Origin: a virus | Direction: 5' to 3' (one strand) | Length of the DNA: 64,000 bases | IMG/VR virus record: IMGVR_UViG_3300032435_000001 | Part shown: piece after piece, positions 10,111-19,223 of the stretch | How positions within the stretch are numbered: position 1 is the stretch's first letter | How the letters are laid out: every line of letters begins with the position of its first letter | The notes under the pieces: generated by a model | What the model saw: only the letters and a program-made list of their open reading frames with translations | The model's database searches: none | Told to the model about the DNA's origin: nothing | Position numbers and translations under genes: made by a program

Positions 10111-10347
10111 ATGAGTAAAAAGGTTTTTTCATGTAAACCATATAGTAGTTTTTTATACACATGGTCACCAGATACTGAGATAAATAAAAATAAGTCTAAC
10201 TCAGTTGATAAATTAAAAACCCCAAGTTATTGCAATGCTGTGACCTCATCCCAAGGTGAGGATTGGGTGGTTACATATGTGTATGATAAAACATTTGATG
10301 GTATTTACCATAGATGGGCATACGTAGAGTGTGATTACGTGGAATAA
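10111..10347 (+). CDS. Small hypothetical protein
   Basis: 78-aa ORF with A-rich leader between terL and portal. Confidence 0.6.
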   Translation: MSKKVFSCKPYSSFLYTWSPDTEINKNKSNSVDKLKTPSYCNAVTSSQGEDWVVTYVYDKTFDGIYHRWAYVECDYVE

Positions 10348-10401
10348 GGCTTTATTTTATAATAAAATAAAGTATATTAACATTAAAATTAAAATATAAA
10401 A

Positions 10402-13400
10402 ATGTCAAATAATAATAAAACAGTTTTCCAGAAATTAAGTGATATATTCACTAGAGATGGTGTTGCTATTAATAAACAAAATACTAATAGATATTCAATC
10501 GGTAATAATGAGATTTTAAGGACCTCATCAAAAGAAGAGTTTGAAACTGCTAAATTACAAGCACAACAAAAGAAATATTTGAGTAAAAATTGGGCTAAGA
10601 TTGATAGTGAAATGTTTCAAAAGTCAGTTCATTATGAGACAACTCGTGTTGGTTCCTATTCCGATTTTGAAAATATGGAATTTTACCCTGAAATAGCAGC
10701 AGCTTTAGATATAATGATGGAAGAGTCTACAACCGTAAATAATTATGGTAAGGTTCTTAATATATATTCAAATAGTAAAAGGGTTAAAACAATTTTAGAA
10801 GATTTAATGTTCAGTAAATTGGATTTACACACTAATCTACCAATGTGGACTAGGAATACCCCTATTAGGGAGGATAGTATTATACCATTATTAGATGGAA
10901 CTGAAGTAACTATTAAGGTGTTATCCGAAATGGTTAAAAATGGTGAGGAAGTTTGGAGTTATTCAATTCAAGATGAAACAAAAGCTATTGTACCTAGTAA
11001 AATAACATGGTGTGATTTAACTAGAAAAGATAGTGAGCTATATAGGGTAACATTAGACGATGGGACATATATTGATACCACACCAGACCATGAGTATATG
11101 CTTAGAGATGGGTCATTTAAAAGAGCCGATGAATTAATCGAAGGCCAACCTTTAATGCCTTTCCACACAAAAAAAAGTGAAAATAAAATAGATTCTATTG
11201 GTGGTTATGAGAAAGTTTATAACCCATCAAGTATCAAATATAGGTTTACACACTCTATGGTTTCAAATCAATGTATTAGGGACTTAGTTTACGAAAAATC
11301 TATTGGGGGCCAATTTGTTACGCATCACATAGATTTTAATAAATTAAATAACACCCCTAGTAATTTAATAAGGTTAACATGTTCATATAATTTAAAATTA
11401 CCTGTAGAACATTTTGATAAAACATTAGACTCACCAGAGGTTACCAAAAAAAAGGTGGGTGGGGTAAATGTATTTTCAGTTGAAAAGTTAACTGAAACTT
11501 CAGACGTATATTGTTTAGAAGCTGTTGGCCCTAATGGAGAACAAGATAGACATAATTTCCCAGTTTGTAGTAAAGACTCTAATAGTCAATACGTTAGAGG
11601 TGGTGTGTTTTTATCCAACTGTAAATATGGTGATAATTTTTTACACCTAAATATAGATGATAAGAAAGGTGTTATCGGTGTTAGGCAATTACCAAATTTT
11701 GAGATAGAACGAAGAGATTTCGATTTTTTCGAAAATATGGGTGTTGCAAATTCAGATGATAGTAATAATAAAACAAAGTTTCTTTGGAAGGGTAGAGATG
11801 TTGTGTTTAATTCTTGGCAAATAGCCCATTTTAGGTTATTAGGTGATGATAGAAAATTACCTTACGGTACCTCAGTGTTAGAGAAGGCTAGGCTAATTTG
11901 GAAACAATTACGTTTATCAGAGGATGCTATGTTGATTTATCGTGTAACTAGAGCACCAGAAAGACGTGTATATAAAATATTTGTTGGGAACATAGATAAT
12001 GAGGATGTTGAATCTTATGTTAATGATATCGCTAATAAATTTAAAAGAACACCATTGATTGACGCACAAACTGGTCAGATGGATTTAAGGTATAACCAAA
12101 TGGGTTATGACCAAGATATATTCATACCTACTAGAACTGAAAACGCTGAAACACCAATAGATACACTACCAGGTGCATGTATCGCATTAGATACCAGAAT
12201 ACCATTATTAGATGGTAGAACATTAGAGTTAAGTGAAATAATAAGTGAATGGGATAATGGTAATAAAGATATGTTGGTTTACTCTTGTGACCCTAATACA
12301 GGTGCCATGGCCCCAGGGATTATAACATGGGCTGGTGAAACTAGAATGAACACTGAAGTTATGAAAATAACGTTAGATAATGGTGAGTCTATCACAACAA
12401 CACCTGACCATAAATGGGTACATAGAACCAAAGGATTCGTTGAGGCTCAAGATTTGGTTGTTGGTGATTCATTAATGCCTTTCTATAGAGATACTAATGA
12501 ACGTGAGAAAGTTTGGGATTCAGCTAAACAAGAGTGGGTATTTACATATATAATGGTTAATGATTTTACAAAAAATGAAGGCGTTGAAAATAAAATGTCC
12601 GATGCTGAGGCTAATTATAACCATAAAATAATTACTATTGAATTTCTGGAATTGAAGCAAGATACTGGTACAATTACCGTAGATGGTGATGAATTATACC
12701 ATAATTACCACACATTCGCAACAGAAGCTGGAGTGTTTATTAAAAATTCTAATCTAGACCAAATAGCTGATATTGAGTATTTACAAAGGAAATTATTCAC
12801 AGCTTTAAGAGTACCTAAATCGTTTTTGGGTTTTGATGAGGCGACTGGTGAAGGTAAGAACTTAGCTTTACAAGATATTCGTTTTTCCAGAACGATTAAT
12901 AGGATTCAACAATCTATGATTCAGGAGCTAAATAAGATTGCGATTATCCACCTATACCTTTTAGGTTTTGAGGATGATTTAGATAACTTTACATTAACAC
13001 TTAATAACCCATCAACACAAGCTGAAATGCTTAAAGTAGAGCATTTGGGTAATAAATTTGATGTTTATAAGAACGCTGTGAGTGATGCTGGTAATGGTTT
13101 TGCCACAATGTCAATGACTAGGGCCAAGCGTGATATATTAGGTTGGAGTGCTGACGAGATAAAGCAAGATTTAATTGAACAAAGAATGGAAAAGGCCGCT
13201 GCTTCCGAATTAGAAAACACTTCTAACGTAATTAAACATACGGGTTATTTTGACACGGTTGATAAGATTTATGGTGATATGGATGTTGCGCTAAAAGGTG
13301 GTGGCGGTGAAGATGATGCTGATGTTGATAGTGAAGGTGGTTCACCTGATGGTGGCGGTTTCGGAGGTGGTTTCAGTGATGATGCTGGTGGTGATGATTT

Positions 13401-13767
13401 AGATTTCGGTGATGAGGATGATACCATTGAAGATGATGCTATTGAAGGTGGAACTGACGATGCTATTGAAGGTGGAGCTGATGATGCTGCTGAGGATGGT
13501 GAGGGTGATGACTTCTCGTTTGAATCTAAAACACTTAGAAGTAATTTAATTAATGAGAAAATTGGTGAGCGAAAGTTAATCTTAAATAAAAAATTAGAAA
13601 ATCGTAAGGGTAAGTACGTTAAAAATTATTTAAATAAATTAATTGAGTCGGTTACTATTAATGGTGTTGATGACACGGTAGAGCGTAACATTGATTCTAA
13701 AAATGAAAAAATAAATAGTAACATCAATAAAATGATGATTGAAATAGATAAAAAATTAAAAGAGTAA
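10402..13767 (+). CDS. Portal protein (T4 gp20-like) with two inteins and an acidic C-terminal extension; about 678 aa spliced
   Basis: YPEIAAALD, KYGDNF, EDAMLIYRVTRAPERRVYKIFVGN, IDTLPG, DIEYLQRKLFTALRVPKS, DIRFSRTINRIQ. Confidence 0.93.
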   Translation: MSNNNKTVFQKLSDIFTRDGVAINKQNTNRYSIGNNEILRTSSKEEFETAKLQAQQKKYLSKNWAKIDSEMFQKSVHYETTRVGSYSDFENMEFYPEIAAALDIMMEESTTVNNYGKVLNIYSNSKRVKTILEDLMFSKLDLHTNLPMWTRNTPIREDSIIPLLDGTEVTIKVLSEMVKNGEEVWSYSIQDETKAIVPSKITWCDLTRKDSELYRVTLDDGTYIDTTPDHEYMLRDGSFKRADELIEGQPLMPFHTKKSENKIDSIGGYEKVYNPSSIKYRFTHSMVSNQCIRDLVYEKSIGGQFVTHHIDFNKLNNTPSNLIRLTCSYNLKLPVEHFDKTLDSPEVTKKKVGGVNVFSVEKLTETSDVYCLEAVGPNGEQDRHNFPVCSKDSNSQYVRGGVFLSNCKYGDNFLHLNIDDKKGVIGVRQLPNFEIERRDFDFFENMGVANSDDSNNKTKFLWKGRDVVFNSWQIAHFRLLGDDRKLPYGTSVLEKARLIWKQLRLSEDAMLIYRVTRAPERRVYKIFVGNIDNEDVESYVNDIANKFKRTPLIDAQTGQMDLRYNQMGYDQDIFIPTRTENAETPIDTLPGACIALDTRIPLLDGRTLELSEIISEWDNGNKDMLVYSCDPNTGAMAPGIITWAGETRMNTEVMKITLDNGESITTTPDHKWVHRTKGFVEAQDLVVGDSLMPFYRDTNEREKVWDSAKQEWVFTYIMVNDFTKNEGVENKMSDAEANYNHKIITIEFLELKQDTGTITVDGDELYHNYHTFATEAGVFIKNSNLDQIADIEYLQRKLFTALRVPKSFLGFDEATGEGKNLALQDIRFSRTINRIQQSMIQELNKIAIIHLYLLGFEDDLDNFTLTLNNPSTQAEMLKVEHLGNKFDVYKNAVSDAGNGFATMSMTRAKRDILGWSADEIKQDLIEQRMEKAAASELENTSNVIKHTGYFDTVDKIYGDMDVALKGGGGEDDADVDSEGGSPDGGGFGGGFSDDAGGDDLDFGDEDDTIEDDAIEGGTDDAIEGGADDAAEDGEGDDFSFESKTLRSNLINEKIGERKLILNKKLENRKGKYVKNYLNKLIESVTINGVDDTVERNIDSKNEKINSNINKMMIEIDKKLKE
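10861..11619 (+). mobile_element. Intein Portal-1 (253 aa): Pro1 start, Cys at F4, ends SN|C, HNH-like remnant
   Basis: TRNT|PIREDSIIPLLDG ... TTPDH ... HHIDFNKLNN.PSNL ... DVYCLE ... HNF ... GVFLSN|CKYGDNF. Confidence 0.85.
12178..12747 (+). mobile_element. Intein Portal-2 (190-aa mini-intein, ends KN|S)
   Basis: LPGA|CIALDTRIPLLDG ... TTPDHKW ... HTFATEAGVFIKN|SNLDQIADIEY. Confidence 0.9.
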
Positions 13768-13812
13768 TAAATAACTTTACTAATATTTTGCATATTTATT
13801 AATAAAAAAGAT

Positions 13813-14598
13813 ATGCAAAATTTTGGTAAAATAAAAACAACATTCAACACTTTATTAGCTGAAAGTTTGGGTGGTGGTGTTGGTAGTGAAGGCAATAAAA
13901 AAATTTTTGGGGAATTTGTAAGATTAGTTAAAGAGAGTGTAATACTTAGAACACAATTTAACGTGTTCTACGCTATCGAGGGTAAGGCTGAGGCTGACTC
14001 TTTTAAATCAAGTGAGTATGTTAAGGAATCAATTAATTTACTAAAAAAGTTTAACAACGATAAAATACTCGAAGAAAATTTAAAATTAATATCAATATTA
14101 AAAAAAAATAATATTAAATTGATTGAAAGTTATGAGAAATTGGAATTACATGAAAATATCAGTAATTTAATTTTTAACAAACCTAATAGTAGAAATATTG
14201 ATATGGTAGTGGAGTCATTATCAAAAGTTGTTAAATATGTTAATAGTAACGATGTTGTTATAACTGAGAAGAATGATAGCCTAATCCCAAATTCAGTTTT
14301 AATCAGTATGTTTGTTGATAAGTTTAACGATAAGTATGGTGATTTGACCGTTGAGAATAAAGAAATTATTAAGATATCTTTATCAACTAATGAAGAAGAT
14401 AAAAAGGTTATGTTTAATAAAATTAAGAATGAGTGTATTGAATTAGTAAACACCAACCTTAGTGAGAGTAATGATATTGATATAAAATCTAAATTATTAG
14501 ATGTTAAAGACTCACTTTTAAGGATGGAATTTATTTCCGAAAATTACATTTCAGATATTACTAAAGTAATTGACTTGAAAGAAGCTTTGATTGAATAA
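13813..14598 (+). CDS. Putative prohead core/head protein
   Basis: Follows portal; TATTTAT upstream; LAE/ITE/LSE motifs; helical composition. Confidence 0.65.
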   Translation: MQNFGKIKTTFNTLLAESLGGGVGSEGNKKIFGEFVRLVKESVILRTQFNVFYAIEGKAEADSFKSSEYVKESINLLKKFNNDKILEENLKLISILKKNNIKLIESYEKLELHENISNLIFNKPNSRNIDMVVESLSKVVKYVNSNDVVITEKNDSLIPNSVLISMFVDKFNDKYGDLTVENKEIIKISLSTNEEDKKVMFNKIKNECIELVNTNLSESNDIDIKSKLLDVKDSLLRMEFISENYISDITKVIDLKEALIE

Positions 14599-14625
14599 TT
14601 AATAATAAAAATAAAAACTTAAGAG

Positions 14626-14877
14626 ATGCCAGAAGGACAAATGGGCGGTTGGTTATTAGAACAAGCACCAGTTATAGTAGTTATGGGGGTCGTTATTTGG
14701 TGGTTAGCTAAAAGGTTAGTTAAATCTGAGAGTTGTAAAGACGAAATGGCTAAGGATGTGATTAAAATAACAACCCTATGGGAGAGTAAAGCGAATAAAA
14801 TGAGTGATAGTGATGATTCTACTAAACATGAGATTATCACGTTATTACATGAGATAAGAGCTTTACTACATAAATAA
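14626..14877 (+). CDS. Small single-TM membrane protein (holin-like, BhlA/UviB style)
   Basis: PVIVVMGVVIWWLA hydrophobic helix followed by a charged coiled tail. Confidence 0.5.
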   Translation: MPEGQMGGWLLEQAPVIVVMGVVIWWLAKRLVKSESCKDEMAKDVIKITTLWESKANKMSDSDDSTKHEIITLLHEIRALLHK

Positions 14878-14897
14878 TAAATAAAAAATTTTTAAGT

Positions 14898-15395
14898 ATG
14901 AGTTTATTTGGTAGTATATTTAATAATTTAGATAGTGAGTCTTATTTAGAGGCCAAAAAAAGTTTATCTAGGATTAAGGAAAGAATTAGTGATTTTGAGG
15001 ATATTTACCCAAACATATCACGTTGTGATTTAAAATACATTAAATATAAATGGGTTGATTTACCATTAACAATTGGTGTTGGGGTTTCAGTCATGGGGTT
15101 GGGTGGTGATGATTTTTTCACTTCAAACCTAACACGTTTTAAAGAAAGCGGTTATTTATTACCTCACGAACATAAAAATTCATTTGAACATAATAAAGTG
15201 ATTAAAGGTGAGGTCATAAATAAGGTAAATGGTTACACCTATAAAGAGGGTGATACTTTTACTATTAATAACAACGAAAAACACCACTTATTCGCAAATA
15301 AAGAAAGTGAAATATTTTGCGTTTTGTCAGATAATTTAGATTATTTACCATTAGCGTTAATAGATTATAGATTTTTAAGCGTTTTTACCTACTAA
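14898..15395 (+). CDS. Cupin-domain protein
   Basis: PHEHKNSFE..KVIKG motif 1 and GDTFTINNNEKH motif 2. Confidence 0.7.
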   Translation: MSLFGSIFNNLDSESYLEAKKSLSRIKERISDFEDIYPNISRCDLKYIKYKWVDLPLTIGVGVSVMGLGGDDFFTSNLTRFKESGYLLPHEHKNSFEHNKVIKGEVINKVNGYTYKEGDTFTINNNEKHHLFANKESEIFCVLSDNLDYLPLALIDYRFLSVFTY

Positions 15396-15443
15396 ACTAG
15401 GTAATATAATTCTTAACTAACTAATTGTTAATAGTTTAACTAA

Positions 15444-15472
15444 TTGACTTTTAATTTTTTTATTACTATATT
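15444..15472 (+). promoter_or_regulatory. Class II promoter TTGACT-N17-TATATT
   Basis: TTGACT 15444-15449 and TATATT 15467-15472; the same layout recurs before five other transcription units. Confidence 0.6.
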
Positions 15473-15484
15473 TAACATAAAAAA

Positions 15485-15928
15485 ATGTTAAAAGGTAGAG
15501 GTAAAGAAGTTGAATTGATTATAAGTGATGATTATAATGTTTTAATTGGTACGGTTGACAATAAGAACCCAAAATCGATTTATTATAAGGTTAGTGGTTG
15601 GGGAGAACCTTTAATTGATGATGATAATATAGATTATCAAAAAGTTATTAATAAATTAAATAAAGACATTAAAAAACACACACACTCTGAGCTTGACTGT
15701 GATATGTTTAATTGTGATATTACCATTATTGATTTAGACATGCGTAAATCTGGTGTGTGTTTTAATAAGAAAAGTTTTATGTGTTGTGAGATTACTTTAT
15801 TTCAATTAAATGAACACGCTATTACATCTAATAAAATTATCGATACTAGTGTAGAGTTGTTAAGTAAAATATTAAGTAGCGTTTTTGATAAGAACGAATA
15901 TTTTAAATTCAGTAAAAAAAAGAAATAA
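15485..15928 (+). CDS. Hypothetical phage protein
   Basis: 147-aa ORF with its own promoter and terminator. Confidence 0.75.
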   Translation: MLKGRGKEVELIISDDYNVLIGTVDNKNPKSIYYKVSGWGEPLIDDDNIDYQKVINKLNKDIKKHTHSELDCDMFNCDITIIDLDMRKSGVCFNKKSFMCCEITLFQLNEHAITSNKIIDTSVELLSKILSSVFDKNEYFKFSKKKK

Positions 15929-15945
15929 TAAGATTAAGAAATAAT

Positions 15946-15980
15946 AAAAGGTCAATAAGCGCAAGTTTATTGACCTTTTT
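15946..15980 (+). terminator. Intrinsic terminator with GCAA tetraloop
   Basis: aaaaggtcaataagc-gcaa-gtttattgacctttt. Confidence 0.8.
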
Positions 15981-16010
15981 ATTTTAATAATATATTTATC
16001 AATAAAAAAC

Positions 16011-17744
16011 ATGTCTAGAATATTAACTGAAAAAGCGGGTAAGGGTAAATTTGGGTTGCTTACAGAGCAAGACTCTGGTTTCATCGAACCAAACGATATT
16101 AGGAATAAAAGGTTTGTTAATGAGGTTAATCAAATAGGACAAAAAAATACTATCATGGTTGAACCTTTGGTTTTATTCGTTGTTCTACAAAAATATGGTA
16201 TTAAGAATAAAAACGGTAGGATATACCCAGAACATATTTTAAGACGTGAAGCTGATAGATATCAACAAGTTATTAATGAAAGGTCCGCAATTGGGGAGTG
16301 TGTCCCAAGAGATACTGGTATTTTCACTAAAAATGGTTGGAAAAATATTCAAGATGTTAAAATTGGGGAGGAAATTTTCACATTAAACACTGAAACAAAT
16401 CAATTAGAAGTTCAAAAAGTTCAAAGAACAACTGATAAGTTATATAATGATGATATGATTCATATCTATAATGGTGGTTCTCTAGATATGCTGGTTACTA
16501 AAAAACATAAGGTAGTTTTATGGGATAAAAACGATAAACCATATATTTTAACAGCTGAAGAATTATTTAATAAGATTAAAACTAATGACTCAAAAATTAG
16601 TCAATCAACAATAAAGAATTCTGGTGAATGGTTGGGTGAAACCCCAGAGTTAATTGAAATTCCTAATAGCGATTTATCAATTGATTCTAATTTATGGGCC
16701 TCTTTTTTAGGTGTTTACTTAACTCATGGGTATTGTGATGAAACTAATTTGGTTGTTATCGATGATGTAAAGGGTGAATCGAGTGTTGCGATTGAAGGTT
16801 TATTAAAAGGGTTACCATTTGATTATACATTATCAAATGATAAAGAATATATAATTGATAATAAAGCTTTATACAATTTTTTAAAACCATTAGGGGATTC
16901 TAACGAGAAATACGTACCTCAATACGCTAAAGATTGGTCGATTAATTTATTAAATGAGTTACTAACTTGGATGTTATTAGGTGAAAGTGATAATGGGATA
17001 ATTAGAGAACATTCTTCTACTAGTGATAAATTATCTGAAGATATTTTTGAAATATTCTTAAAGGTTAGTAATGGTGCGAATTTTAGTAAAACTAAACAAA
17101 AAGATGTTTTTATCGATGAAGAAGTTGATATTGATGGTGAGTTAATGTTAATTAAAAAAGTTGTTAAATCTAAAGAGTTAAATGTTATATCTGAAATAAC
17201 ATCAAAGGGTTTATCATTAGATACAAGATTTATTTACGCTGAAAAAATACCGTTTGATGATAATGTTTATTGTGTGACTGTGGAAAATGGTACATGGTTA
17301 ATGAGGTACAATAATAAAATTTCTTGGACTCATAATAGTGACCACCCAGAAAGTTCTATTATTTCAAATGATAGAGTTTCACATGAAATAAAGAAAATAT
17401 GGTGGGAAGGTAAAACTTTAGTAGGTGAAATGGAGATTATAATGTCACCAGGTTTCATAAACCAAGGTATAATCTCATGTGAAGGTGATAGAGTTGCCAA
17501 TATGTTAAGAAAAGGTATTCGTGTTGGGGTTTCATCAAGAGGGGTCGGTTCTTTAGATGAAATTAAAGGTGAGTTGATTGTTCAAGAAGATTTTGAGTTA
17601 ATTTGTTGGGATATAGTAACTAGCCCATCAACACCAGGTTCCTACATGTTTAATAACAGTAGCGAGGCAAAGCCATTCATGGAATCTGAAGTTAAAACTA
17701 GTAATCTATTAATCGATAAATTAGATAGGTTTTTATTAAAATAA
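16011..17744 (+). CDS. Prohead core protease (T4 gp21-like) with intein; about 231 aa spliced
   Basis: KNKNGRIYP, GE|SDHP, RVSH, GVSSRGVGSL, DIVTSPSTPGS. Confidence 0.93.
   Translation: MSRILTEKAGKGKFGLLTEQDSGFIEPNDIRNKRFVNEVNQIGQKNTIMVEPLVLFVVLQKYGIKNKNGRIYPEHILRREADRYQQVINERSAIGECVPRDTGIFTKNGWKNIQDVKIGEEIFTLNTETNQLEVQKVQRTTDKLYNDDMIHIYNGGSLDMLVTKKHKVVLWDKNDKPYILTAEELFNKIKTNDSKISQSTIKNSGEWLGETPELIEIPNSDLSIDSNLWASFLGVYLTHGYCDETNLVVIDDVKGESSVAIEGLLKGLPFDYTLSNDKEYIIDNKALYNFLKPLGDSNEKYVPQYAKDWSINLLNELLTWMLLGESDNGIIREHSSTSDKLSEDIFEIFLKVSNGANFSKTKQKDVFIDEEVDIDGELMLIKKVVKSKELNVISEITSKGLSLDTRFIYAEKIPFDDNVYCVTVENGTWLMRYNNKISWTHNSDHPESSIISNDRVSHEIKKIWWEGKTLVGEMEIIMSPGFINQGIISCEGDRVANMLRKGIRVGVSSRGVGSLDEIKGELIVQEDFELICWDIVTSPSTPGSYMFNNSSEAKPFMESEVKTSNLLIDKLDRFLLK
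16299..17336 (+). mobile_element. Intein in prohead protease (346 aa, degenerate LAGLIDADG)
   Basis: IGE|CVPRDTGIFTKNGW ... VTKKH ... VYCVTVENG ... SWTHN|SDHP. Confidence 0.92.
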
Positions 17745-17856
17745 GAAAATAATAAAAAAAATATATAAAAAAAGAGTTTTTGTGTAACTCCCATATATTT
17801 ATTAGGAAATGCAAGAGATTGTATAATTAATATTTTTAAAAAAAACAAAAATAAAA

Positions 17857-19188
17857 ATGACCAACAAAAAAAATTCTATAGTAGAGAGTGCGATGTTAGA
17901 TATTAAAACTATCCAAGAAGCATTAAATCAAAACACAAAAGGAATACTCCATAACCTTGCGTTAGGAGAAATCGATAGTGTTGTTACGAAAAGTATAAAT
18001 GAAATGTACGAAGAGGAAGATGTAGCTGAAATGTATGAGGGTGAAATGTACGAGGATGAAGAAGGTATGGAAGATGATTCCCAATCTGAAGATTCAATGG
18101 AAGTTGGTGCAGAAGCTGATGCTGATGCTGAAGAAATTACACCAGAAGTTGAACCAGAAATGGGTGATATGGGTGGTACTGATTTAGATAATCTTAATGT
18201 TGACTCAGAGGAAGGTAGTATTGAAGACTACGATGCTGAAGAAGGTGGTATTGAAGACTACGAAATGGACATGACAGGTGCTTCTGATGAAGATGTTTTA
18301 AATGTTTACAAAAAATTAAGCGGTGATGATGAAATCGAAGTTGTTTCCGATAACGAGGTTTTAATTAAAGACCCAGTTAGTGGTGCTGAATACCAAGTTA
18401 AATTTGGTGGTAACAAAGCTGGTGCTGGTATTAAAGGTTTAGATTATGACGATAATGAAGACGAAGATGTTATCGTACCAATGTCAGTCCAAAATGTTGA
18501 ACCAGAGATGGGTCCAGAAGACACTGAAGATTTAGAAGGTGTTGAAGATTTAGAAGGGGTTGAAGATTTAGAAGGTGCTGAGGATTTGGAAGATGCTGAG
18601 GATTTAGAAGACGTTGAGGATGGTGATGAAATGGCTGAAAATGTTGTTTATGAAATCGATATGAGTGACGATAGTGAATCACTTGAAGAAGCTATCCCAG
18701 TTGGAAGTGCTCAGGGTCGAAGAGTGCCAGGTAAAGCAACACCAATAAAGGGTGCTGGTGCTAAAGGATTAGCAGAGGCTAATAAAAAGTATAACACTTT
18801 ATTATCTGAGGCTAGGAAAATTAAAAAGGAAAATGATGAGTTAAAAGTTGCCTTAAATAAATTTAGAAGAATGTTAGGTGAGAGTGTTGTATTTAACTCA
18901 AACTTAAGTTATGTAACTAGATTATTTATGGAACATTCAACAACCATTTCTGAAAAGAAAATTATACTTGGTCGATTTGATGAAGAAGTTACTACAATTA
19001 AAGAATCTAAAAAGTTATATAAAACAATTTCAAGTGAATTAGGTTCTAAAAAACCTATGATTGAATCTGTTGAGGGTAAAATTATTAAAGAAGGTAGTTC
19101 TAGTGTTTCTAATCAATTAAATGAGAGTCCTGTTGATTACAGTACCTCTAGAATCAATGACTTAATTAAAAGAGTCGAAAAAAGATAA
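17857..19188 (+). CDS. Prohead scaffold protein (gp22-like)
   Basis: Between protease and MCP; very acidic middle and coiled-coil C-terminus. Confidence 0.8.
   Translation: MTNKKNSIVESAMLDIKTIQEALNQNTKGILHNLALGEIDSVVTKSINEMYEEEDVAEMYEGEMYEDEEGMEDDSQSEDSMEVGAEADADAEEITPEVEPEMGDMGGTDLDNLNVDSEEGSIEDYDAEEGGIEDYEMDMTGASDEDVLNVYKKLSGDDEIEVVSDNEVLIKDPVSGAEYQVKFGGNKAGAGIKGLDYDDNEDEDVIVPMSVQNVEPEMGPEDTEDLEGVEDLEGVEDLEGAEDLEDAEDLEDVEDGDEMAENVVYEIDMSDDSESLEEAIPVGSAQGRRVPGKATPIKGAGAKGLAEANKKYNTLLSEARKIKKENDELKVALNKFRRMLGESVVFNSNLSYVTRLFMEHSTTISEKKIILGRFDEEVTTIKESKKLYKTISSELGSKKPMIESVEGKIIKEGSSSVSNQLNESPVDYSTSRINDLIKRVEKR
18526..18620 (+). repeat. 18-nt coding tandem repeat (EDLE[G/D][V/A] x5)
   Basis: gaagatttagaaggtgtt-like units. 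Confidence 0.85.
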
Positions 19189-19223
19189 TAAAATAAAATA
19201 AATTAAAGTTAAAAAAAAGAATT

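Noticed and set aside
16299-17336. Protease and SNF2 inteins as class 3 because of Cys at F4
   Set aside because: Both retain Cys1 and a terminal HN, so canonical class 1 splicing is sufficient
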